Assembly: GCA_011053135.1 (NCBI GenBank)
Contig: DRLG01000018.1
Location: 1 to 37,292, forward strand
DNA length: 37,292 bases
Source: Chromatiales bacterium
Lineage (GTDB): Bacteria; Pseudomonadota; Gammaproteobacteria; SZUA-140
Direction of reading: 5' to 3'
A program made the translations under genes and the position numbers. Under the pieces are notes generated by a model. That model saw only the letters and a program-made list of their open reading frames with translations, was not told where the DNA came from and ran no database searches. Every line of letters begins with the position of its first letter. Positions within the stretch are counted from its first letter, which is position 1. Shown one piece after another: positions 27,869-36,900 of this stretch.

Positions 27869-30079
27869 ATGCCTCGAATTATCCGAAATTTTTACCTCTC
27901 CAGCATCGCTGCATGCCTCACTTTATCTATTACATCAGTCAGTTGGGCGGAGGAGTCACTTGAACCTGGGCATGAGGCCGCGTCAATAATAAAACAGCAG
28001 CGTGACAACTTCATGGCGGCGGAGCAGGCGCTAAAGCGCGGTTCGATCACGCAGTTCAAACAGCTTAGTCAGCAGCTCAAAACATACCCCCTCTACCCCT
28101 ACCTGCGTTATGAATACCTGCGGACTCGTCTGCATAAAAGACCCGACGATGAAATCGCAACATTCATCGACACCTATCATGATGACAGCCCACTGAGCAG
28201 CAAACTCCATTTTCGCTGGATCAAACAGCTCGCACAAAAAGGGCGCTGGAAAGCCGTTAAGCAGCATTACAGGCCCAGCAGCAATATCACACTCCAGTGT
28301 TATTATCGCCGCGCACTGCTCAACACCGGCGATCAGACGGCCGCCTTTGATGGCCTGGAGCAGCTGTGGCTCGTCGGCCATTCACAACCACGCGCCTGTG
28401 ATCCGCTCTTTACGGCGTGGCATAAGGCGGGATTTATCGATGATGAGCTTGCCTGGCAGCGCATTCAGCTGGCGATGGGAAAACACAAACTCACCCTGAG
28501 CCGCTACCTGACCCGCTTTCTCTCCAGGAAAGAGCGCGTCTGGGCCAATAGATGGATCCAGGTTCATCGCAAACCATCACGTATTCTTTCACAGAAATGG
28601 TTTGCCAATGCACATCCGATACGAAATACCATCCTCGTTCACGGCCTGAAACGGATGGCACGCAAAGAGCCCATCAAGGCAGCCGATGTGTGGCAGACAA
28701 AGATCAAGGCCCGTTACGATTTCAGCGATGATGAAGTGATCACTGTCGAACGTGCAATTGCGATGGCGATGGCACTGCGTAACAGGCCAGAGGCACTGAG
28801 CTGGCTTGCCGTACTCGAAGAGAGACCGGCCGATCAATCCCTGCGTGAATGGCGCGTGCGCACTGCGCTCAACCAGCAAAACTGGGATGCGGCACTTGCC
28901 TGGCTCTACCAGCTCAATGATGAAGAGCAGCAGACTCCGCGCTGGCAATACTGGCGTGCGCGCGTGCTGGCCGCGCTCGATCAGCCGCTTCAGGCCGAAG
29001 CGATCTATACAGAACTCGCCATGAAACGGGGCTATTACAGCTTTCTTGCCGCAGATAAACTCCAGCGCCCTTACCATTTTCGGCACGCACCACTGCAACA
29101 GAACGAGCTACTCACAACCAACATTGAACAGCACCCCGGCATCCTGAGGGCACAGGAGCTATTTGCACTTGGGCGCGCCGTCGAGGCCCGGCGCGAATGG
29201 TTTTTTGCGACTCGCTACATGGTTGACGAACAACTTCACCAGGCCGGTAGACTGGCCCACCGCTGGGGCTGGTACGACCGCGCCATTATGACTGTTGCGC
29301 GTACCGACCACCGTGATGACCTCGATCTCCGCTTCCCGCTTGTTCATCGCGATAAAATAACCGTAAAAGCGCGTGAAAACAGTATCGATACGGCTCTCGC
29401 CTTTGCCCTCATCCGCCAGGAGAGCGCCTTCACCTCGGACGCGCGCTCCAGTGCAGGGGCCATGGGGCTGATGCAGCTAATGCCGCGCACGGCCAAACAG
29501 CTGACACGCGGCACCGGCATTCGCCTCAAAAGTCGCATGCAGCTGATCGATGTTGAAACCAACTTAAAGCTCGGCATGAAACATCTGGGGAAAGTACTGA
29601 GACGCTTTGATAACAACCCGGTGCTGGCGCTCGCTGCCTACAATGCAGGGGAGGCCAGAGTCAAACGCTGGATACCCAAAAACCGCCAGGTCGATGCAGA
29701 TATCTGGGCCGAAACCATCCCGTTTAGCGAAACGCGCAACTACATCCAGAATATTATGGTCTTTACCTCAATCTACGAACAGCACCTTGGCCAGCCGCTA
29801 ACACCACTCGCGCAGCGAATGGCACCGATCGGCTCGCCACCTCCCGTGGTCGCACAGAGCCGCCATACAGATCTGCAGCAGCCATCTGGCCCTTCTGAAA
29901 CTATCAAGATTGCAGAGCCGCTTCCGATGAAAAAGGAGACAGCCATTCTGCCATTAGAGAACCAACCTAAGCAGTCACATGAAAAAGATGCTATAAACAG
30001 CGTTAAAACGATGCACTATCGCGAGACCATTACCCTTAATCATACTGAATGGGACAATCCAGAACAGGAGGGGATCTAG
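27869..30079 (+). CDS. slt: Soluble lytic murein transglycosylase (Slt70 type)
   Basis: Signal peptide; YPLYPYL; helical U and L domains; catalytic motifs IRQESAF, GLMQLMP, AYNAG and ETRNY. Confidence 0.93.
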   Translation: MPRIIRNFYLSSIAACLTLSITSVSWAEESLEPGHEAASIIKQQRDNFMAAEQALKRGSITQFKQLSQQLKTYPLYPYLRYEYLRTRLHKRPDDEIATFIDTYHDDSPLSSKLHFRWIKQLAQKGRWKAVKQHYRPSSNITLQCYYRRALLNTGDQTAAFDGLEQLWLVGHSQPRACDPLFTAWHKAGFIDDELAWQRIQLAMGKHKLTLSRYLTRFLSRKERVWANRWIQVHRKPSRILSQKWFANAHPIRNTILVHGLKRMARKEPIKAADVWQTKIKARYDFSDDEVITVERAIAMAMALRNRPEALSWLAVLEERPADQSLREWRVRTALNQQNWDAALAWLYQLNDEEQQTPRWQYWRARVLAALDQPLQAEAIYTELAMKRGYYSFLAADKLQRPYHFRHAPLQQNELLTTNIEQHPGILRAQELFALGRAVEARREWFFATRYMVDEQLHQAGRLAHRWGWYDRAIMTVARTDHRDDLDLRFPLVHRDKITVKARENSIDTALAFALIRQESAFTSDARSSAGAMGLMQLMPRTAKQLTRGTGIRLKSRMQLIDVETNLKLGMKHLGKVLRRFDNNPVLALAAYNAGEARVKRWIPKNRQVDADIWAETIPFSETRNYIQNIMVFTSIYEQHLGQPLTPLAQRMAPIGSPPPVVAQSRHTDLQQPSGPSETIKIAEPLPMKKETAILPLENQPKQSHEKDAINSVKTMHYRETITLNHTEWDNPEQEGI

Positions 30080-30117
30080 CAACGCTGCCTCATGACAGTG
30101 CTGCGACACCGCAAATT

Positions 30118-31605
30118 ATGCTAAAACACGCACCCGCACCCACCATGCCCACCACCGCCCCGCCACTCCCGGATGCACGCCCCACCCGTGTCATTGCAAT
30201 CAGCAGCGGCAAAGGGGGGGTGGGCAAAACCAGTGTCACCACAAACCTCGGCATTGCACTGGCACAACTGGGAGCAAAGGTCTGTATTCTGGATGCCGAC
30301 ACTGGCCTCGCCAACATCAACATTCTGCTAAACCTCAACCCTGAATACACCATCGAACATCTGCTTAACGGCGAAAAAAGTATCGATGAGATCATGCTCG
30401 ACGGCCCCAGCGGCATTAAGGTGGTGCCCGCCGCATCCGGAATCACCACGTGCGTTGATCTCGATCAGGCACAGCATCAGCTTCTGTCGCAGGCGCTGAC
30501 ACAGCTGGAATCGCGCTTTGACTATCTACTCATCGATACAGCGGCAGGTATTGGAGAGACGGTGCTGGAGTTCCTCGCCTCTGCCCAGTACTGCGTGCTA
30601 GTGATCTCGCCTGAACCCACCTCACTGACCGACGCCTTTGCATTGATGCGGGTGATGAAACGCAAAGCGCTAAAACAGCCGATCTATACCATCGTCAACC
30701 GCACCCCCTCGCCTCAAAAAGGGAGCGAGGTGTTCCGGCGTTTCTCAGCCGCCGCAAAAAAATACCTGCAGACACGCATCGGCTATATGGGAAATATTAC
30801 TGAAGACCCAACCATTAGTAGCGCGATCTGCCTGCAAACTCCGATCATTGTGGCACAACCGCATAGCCCTGCCAGTCGTGACATTCGAACACTCGCAGAG
30901 CGTATCGATAGCAAACTGGCAGCGAGTAAAAAGCCACATCAATTTAGCAAATACTGGCACAGCAAACGCCAGCAAACCGAGGATACCACCAGTACCACCA
31001 GCTCAACTGGCTCAACTAGCTCAACTGGCCCGGCAGTGAAACAGAGCGGCCTCTCCGGCGACTACCTTTCCGTCGCGATCCTCTCTTACCTGCAATACCC
31101 GGAGACCAGCGAGGCCGAGGCGAAACAGCTGCTCCAGCCGCTCATCGACGCAGGAATTGAACGTTTTGGAAGCGCCGCGTTCAATCTTTCCACTGAAAGG
31201 GCTGAGCAGAAGAGCGCGCCGCAGACGACACTCTCAACGGGTATCGCATCAGACATCACCCGTCTGATGTCCGATATTGAGGAGGCAGAAGCCGCCAGCA
31301 TCATTCAGCAGATTGTGACCCGCCATGAAAGGCTGTTCAAAAAATCACCGCTGGATATCGAACAGGCACTGCTGGAGACCATTAACCAGTCAGAACTCAG
31401 TCAGGCGCAGTTTTCAGCGATGATCGAAACGCTTCAGCAACAGTACCGTGCACGTTTTGGCGACACCCTGCAAGATGAAAAAACCAGACTGCTTGAGACC
31501 TTTGCCAACTTTTCCCAACAGATACAGCAGCGAGAAAAACAGCTCGATCAAGACCTGCAGAAACTATCGAAGATGGTATGTGAATTCAATGAGCGGCTCA
31601 GATAG
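30118..31605 (+). CDS. FlhG/FleN-type MinD/ParA ATPase with a C-terminal repeat and coiled-coil extension
   Basis: Deviant Walker A SGKGGVGKT; DADTGLAN, DTAAGI and EPTSLTDAFAL (FlhG subfamily pattern); about 210 extra residues after the ATPase. Start uncertain (30049, 30118 or 30145). Confidence 0.85.
   Translation: MLKHAPAPTMPTTAPPLPDARPTRVIAISSGKGGVGKTSVTTNLGIALAQLGAKVCILDADTGLANINILLNLNPEYTIEHLLNGEKSIDEIMLDGPSGIKVVPAASGITTCVDLDQAQHQLLSQALTQLESRFDYLLIDTAAGIGETVLEFLASAQYCVLVISPEPTSLTDAFALMRVMKRKALKQPIYTIVNRTPSPQKGSEVFRRFSAAAKKYLQTRIGYMGNITEDPTISSAICLQTPIIVAQPHSPASRDIRTLAERIDSKLAASKKPHQFSKYWHSKRQQTEDTTSTTSSTGSTSSTGPAVKQSGLSGDYLSVAILSYLQYPETSEAEAKQLLQPLIDAGIERFGSAAFNLSTERAEQKSAPQTTLSTGIASDITRLMSDIEEAEAASIIQQIVTRHERLFKKSPLDIEQALLETINQSELSQAQFSAMIETLQQQYRARFGDTLQDEKTRLLETFANFSQQIQQREKQLDQDLQKLSKMVCEFNERLR
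31000..31029 (+). repeat. 9-bp tandem repeat encoding a Ser/Thr linker
   Basis: AGCTCAACT GGCTCAACT AGCTCAACT GGC, preceded by TACCACCAG twice; in frame, encodes SSTGSTSSTG. Confidence 0.75.
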
Positions 31606-31641
31606 CGAGACCTTTACAGCGGCCTGTTAAGCCGCAGCCGG

Positions 31642-33450
31642 TCACTCCTCGCTCTGCGGTGGTGCCACACGAAAGACCTCATCCAGTGATGTCATCCCCT
31701 TCGCCACTTTCTGCAGGCCGCTGATTCGTAACGGACGCATCCCCTCCTTTTGAGCCTGCTGCCGCACCTGTGCAATATCAACTTTCTGATGGCGCAACAG
31801 CTCTCGCAGGCTACTCGAAAGCGTCATCATCTCATAGATCCCTACGCGCCCGGCATAACCGGTTTGACGACACTCGAGGCAGCCGCTGGATGCCATGATC
31901 TTCTCCGGTATCGCGCTCTTCCACGGCTGACTCAACGCCTGCCATAACGCTGCATCGGGGGTGACAGGCTGTTTGCAGTGCGGACAGAGGGTACGTACCA
32001 GCCGCTGCGCCACCACTCCAATCACCGATGCGCCGATCATATACTGCGGTACACCAATCTCCAGCAGCCGCGTGATCGCCAGCACCGCATCATTGGTGTG
32101 TAGCGTCGAGATCACCAGGTGACCGGTAAGCGCCGCCTGTATCGCCACTTCGGCCGTCTCACGATCACGTATCTCACCCACCATAATGATGTCCGGGTCC
32201 TGCCGCAGCAGCGCCCGAACCCCGTCGGCAAAGGTGAGATCAATGTTGTGCTGCACCTGCAGCTGATTAAAATCGGGCACCACCATCTCGATTGGATCTT
32301 CAATGGTGCAGATATTAAGCTCGGGCCGAGCGAGATGTTTCAGGGTGGAATAGAGGGTTGTGGTCTTACCGGAGCCGGTCGGCCCGGTCACCAGAATGAT
32401 CCCATGTGGTTTTTCGATCATCGCCTGCCACTGCAGAGACTCCGCGTTGCCAAAGCCGAGGTCAGAAAAGTTCTTCACCAGAATGTCGGGATCGAAGATA
32501 CGCATCACCATCTTCTCACCAAAGGCGGTCGGCATGGTTGAGAGGCGCAGCTCCACCTCACTGCCGTTGGGCGCTCTGGTCTTGAGGCGGCCGTCGAGTG
32601 GGCGACGCTTCTCTGCCAGATCCATCCGCCCGAGAATTTTAATCCGGCTCACTACCGCCGCCATCACCTGTGCCGGCAGTTGATAGACCTGATGCAACAT
32701 ACCATCGATTCGGAAACGGATATTGCCCTGCTCGCGACGCGGCTCTAAATGGATATCGCTGGCGCGCTGATCAAAGGCGTACTGTAATAACCAGTCGACA
32801 ATATTAACCACGTGCTGATCATTGGCATCGAGGCTACCCGCCTTACCCAGCTCCAGCATCTGCTCAAGGTTATTGATTTCACTCGGCAAGCTCCCCTGCT
32901 TATCATCGTTCGCGCCTACCACTGATTTAGAGATGGCATAAAACTCAACACGAAAACGTTCGATGTCGGCCGGACTGGTAATCTCAAGCCGCACCTCTTT
33001 ATTCAGCACATGCTCAAGCTCTTTTATCCACGCCGTCTGATAAGGCTCCGCCGTGGTGATCACCACATACCCCACCCCCATTTCAATCGGCAGCAGCCTG
33101 TTTCGTTCGGCGTAGCTATATGAGACAGCAGCGGCAACAGAAGCCACATCCACCTTCAGTGGATCAATGCGACGATAGGGCAGCGCGAGCTTCTCAGCCA
33201 GCCACTGGCTAAGGAAGTCCTGATTCAACGACTGCGGTGGCGCGGTCGCCGTTACCAGCTCATGGCTTTCGATAATCGCAAACGGGTGTTGATCACCCTT
33301 ATCGCGAAAACGCGCCTTCAGCATCAGCATCTCGTGCTGCCCCTTATCGATCAGGCCGTCAGCCAACAACTGCTCACTCATCTCATCGAGCCGAATACGG
33401 CGGGGTTTATCCGCTACATCTTTCACATCCATGCTCCTCTTCAGCACCAT
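31642..33450 (-). CDS. GspE/PulE/PilB family secretion ATPase (orphan)
   Basis: ASDIHLEP, Walker A GPTGSGKTT, TIEDPIE, LRQDPDIIMVGEIRD, TGHLVISTLH and tetracysteine CPHC...CLEC. Confidence 0.93.
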   Translation of the reverse strand: MVLKRSMDVKDVADKPRRIRLDEMSEQLLADGLIDKGQHEMLMLKARFRDKGDQHPFAIIESHELVTATAPPQSLNQDFLSQWLAEKLALPYRRIDPLKVDVASVAAAVSYSYAERNRLLPIEMGVGYVVITTAEPYQTAWIKELEHVLNKEVRLEITSPADIERFRVEFYAISKSVVGANDDKQGSLPSEINNLEQMLELGKAGSLDANDQHVVNIVDWLLQYAFDQRASDIHLEPRREQGNIRFRIDGMLHQVYQLPAQVMAAVVSRIKILGRMDLAEKRRPLDGRLKTRAPNGSEVELRLSTMPTAFGEKMVMRIFDPDILVKNFSDLGFGNAESLQWQAMIEKPHGIILVTGPTGSGKTTTLYSTLKHLARPELNICTIEDPIEMVVPDFNQLQVQHNIDLTFADGVRALLRQDPDIIMVGEIRDRETAEVAIQAALTGHLVISTLHTNDAVLAITRLLEIGVPQYMIGASVIGVVAQRLVRTLCPHCKQPVTPDAALWQALSQPWKSAIPEKIMASSGCLECRQTGYAGRVGIYEMMTLSSSLRELLRHQKVDIAQVRQQAQKEGMRPLRISGLQKVAKGMTSLDEVFRVAPPQSEE

Positions 33451-33657
33451 CTGCCCACACCCCTCACTCGAACGGTCAACAAAAGATCGCTATCAGCGAC
33501 AACAGGAGCTGACTCAAAGCCGCCGTCGCCGCCTACACCATAGTAACGGCCATATTCACACCAATACCAGCCATAATGAGCAGATAGAGGAGATGATTGG
33601 CAGCAGAGCGAATCCAGATTAAGTAAAATGGAAAAATTACCGATATACGATCTGCGC

Positions 33658-33689
33658 ATAACGCTTTTATTCAATAACGCTGTTATTCA
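33658..33689. repeat. 16-bp tandem direct repeat
   Basis: ATAACGCTTTTATTCA ATAACGCTGTTATTCA (one mismatch). Confidence 0.7.
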
Positions 33690-33690
33690 A

Positions 33691-33765
33691 TTAAGGAACC
33701 GCTGATTAACTGTCATTACGGAGAGTGAAGCGACGAAGTGATCACTTAACGCAACGATTCCTTAA
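33691..33765. mobile_element. Miniature inverted-repeat element remnant (IS5-like ends, TTAA flanks)
   Basis: TTAA-GGAACCGCTGATTAA...TTAACGCAACGATTCC-TTAA; the outer 14 bp are 12/14 complementary. Confidence 0.5.
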
Positions 33766-33993
33766 GCTGGAAAAGTGCATGGTGCGCGATATCACACGCA
33801 CCGCAGCAGATCGTTAGCGTGATAGTAGAGGCAATGGAGGCCACACACAGTGACAAAAGGAATGGGTCATGCAAAGCAGTCGCGCAATCAATCCCCCCCA
33901 GCAACAGGCATGGATAGCGTTGTGGCTGTTACGGCCCTTATTAAAGGGGCTCGACGATGAGCCAGAGCTGAGCAATATGGAAACCCGCGACCA

Positions 33994-36900
33994 GTGAACA
34001 GCTCCGTGAAAAATAGTGTCGCTAGCGAAAAGCCCCGCGGCTCTCTAGCCCGCAATTTACTATTATGGTTTTTGCTGTTATCACTTATCCCGATGTCATT
34101 GACGGCCTGGATTGGCTATCGCCAGGCGATCAATAGCCTGCATGAGACTGTCTCACAAGAGCTGGCTCAAGATGCACACAGCAACGCCCGCTTTATCAAA
34201 ACCTGGTTCGATTACCGCTTTATGGATATCCGAACCCAGGCAGGAGATCAGCAAACCCCTGAACTCCTCATCGCTCTGCAGAATAGTTTTAAGGCCAGCA
34301 ACGAAACGCTGAAAACATTTACCAGAAGCGCTGCCTGGCGTTCGCTGGCTGATAAATACCAGCAGGATCTGGTGCTCTTTTCACGCCAGTACGACTATAT
34401 TTATAACCTGTTCTTAATCGATAACAGTGGCAACATCCTCTTTACTGTTGCCAGAGAGAACGACCTTGGCATCAACCTGTTTAGTGATCGTTACGCCTCA
34501 ACTCGCTTCGCCTCAACGGCCAGACGTTCGCTTGAGAGCAGTCAAACATTATTTTCAGACCTGGAACACCACGCCCCCGACGGTAAGCTGGCAGGGTTTA
34601 TCACCACCCCGATATTTGATGTGATGGGCCGCAAGATCGGGGTATTTGCGATTCAGCTCCAGCTGGATCGTATTCACTATCTGGTCAATAACAACCATAT
34701 AGATAACTCACTTACCCACTACCTGGTGGGCCAGGATGGGCGACTACGAACACCACTCGAGCGTAATAATCAGGATGAGATACTGCGCCTCAAAATAGAC
34801 TCAGAACAGACCAGACTCTGGCAACAGGAACATGGCGATACGAGCATCAACAGAGATAACGAACATGAGATAGTCTTTAACTATCCCGGCCCGTCGGGAA
34901 AAGAGGTCGTCGGTATTCACCAGAATGTGAGCATCGGCGAGATCAACTGGGCCCTCATCAGTGAAATTAATTTCGATGAGGCGTTCGCGCCAGCACAAAA
35001 ATTAAAACAGATCATACTCATGATTTTCCTCCTCACCAGCATCATCGTTACGGTGCTGGCAATCTTTCAGGCAAGGCGCATCACCCGCCCCATCACGCAG
35101 CTGGTCGATGCCAGTAAATTAATCGCCAGCGGAGAGATATCCCAACCGGTCAAGGTCGATGCAAATAATGAGATAGGCGTTCTGGCAGATGCGCTAAACC
35201 ACATGAATGCCGCTCGCCTGGAGCAGGAGCTAGTAATGGAACAGAGTAGCCTTGAGATCCAGGAGGCACTTATCGACCTTGAAGAGCAGAAATTCGCGCT
35301 TGATCAACACGCCATTGTCGCCATTACCGATGTCACTGGCACCATTAACTTTGCTAACGACAAATTTACAGAGATTACTGGTTATAGCAGACAGGAGCTA
35401 CTCGGCCAGAACCATCGCCTGCTCAATTCAGGCTATCACGACAGCGATTTTTTCAAGAAGATGTATGAGACGATTTCAGCAGGAAAAGTGTGGAATGGTG
35501 AGATCTGTAACAGAGCCAAAGATGGCCGTCTCTATTGGGTTGATACCACCATCGTCCCCTTTATGGACGATGACGATGAGCCCGAAAGTTATATTGCGAT
35601 CCGCACTGATATCACAAAACGAAAAAAGGCCGAACAGGAGCTGGTTGAAGCAAAAGAGAATGCTGAGGCGGCAACCCTGCAGAAATCTGAATTTCTCGCC
35701 AATATGAGTCATGAAATAAGAACCCCAATGAACGGCATTATCGGCATGTCTGGGCTACTCCTGGAGACAGACCTTAGCCCCAAACAGCGCAGCTACGCCA
35801 GGGCCACCATGAACTCTGCCGACGCCTTGCTCACCATCATCAACGACATACTCGATTTCTCCAAGATTGAGGCGGGAAAACTGGAACTTGAAGAGGTCCC
35901 TTTCGATCTGCAATCGCTCGTTGAGGATGTTTCAGAACTGATGGCACTAAAATGCAGGGAAAAAGGGATTGAAATGCTGCTGCGCTACAGACCCAATACA
36001 GAACGATTTGTGATTGGGGACCCCGGCCGTGTCCGCCAGATTTTATTAAACCTGCTCAGTAATGCCGTTAAATTTACCCAGCAGGGAGATATTTTGCTCA
36101 CCATTGAGTCGATCATTACCAATACACCACAAACAACAGAGCTGGCAGAGTTCAGAATTTCAGTAGCAGATTCCGGTATCGGTATCGCGCAGGACAAACT
36201 GTCACATATCTTTAATAAGTTCGACCAGGAAGATAGCTCAACCACACGTAAATATGGTGGCACAGGATTGGGCCTTGCGATCTGCCAGCAGCTCTGCACG
36301 ATGATGCGGGGCGACATTACCGTCGAAAGCCAGAAAGGGAAGGGCTCCACTTTCACCTTCACGATAAAGCTACAGATATCACCAGAGCCACTAAAAGAGC
36401 AGGAAACCTGCATCAATCATCACGACCTTAGCGCACTTAAAACCCTGATCGTTGACAGTAGTGAGGCTGCTCGCACCATCTTTAAAGAGCAGCTATTCCC
36501 CCTCAGGCTGCGAGAGGTCAGTAGTGCCAGCTCCGCTAAAGAGGCCATTGACCTGCTTCAGCGGGCCGTCAGGGAGGAAGACCCGTTTAATATTGCGATC
36601 ATCGATTCCCATATTCCAGAAACAGCTGGTGAAGCGCTCGCCGCAGAGATTATGCAGCGTAAACTACTCGCAGATGGCACTCTCTTATTTGTAACATCTC
36701 ACCCAGGAAAGGGCGATGGTGTGCGACTGAAATCACTGGGGGTTGATGGCTACCTAACCAAGCCCACCTATCCATCTGAGATCCCGCAGATCCTTTCATT
36801 GATACGGGACGCTAAGTTACATAACCGCGAGATCCCGTTGCTCACACGGCACACATTAAAAGCAGCGAGAACCGGCTCACGTAAAAAGCCTGAATTTAAT

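Noticed and set aside
31619-31635. GCGGC-N7-GCCGC hairpin between the convergent ATPase genes
   Set aside because: Only a 5-bp stem and no U-tract; too weak to call a terminator.
34112-36694. Seven short ORFs listed in the track in this region
   Set aside because: All lie within, out of frame with or antisense to, the continuous hybrid kinase ORF.
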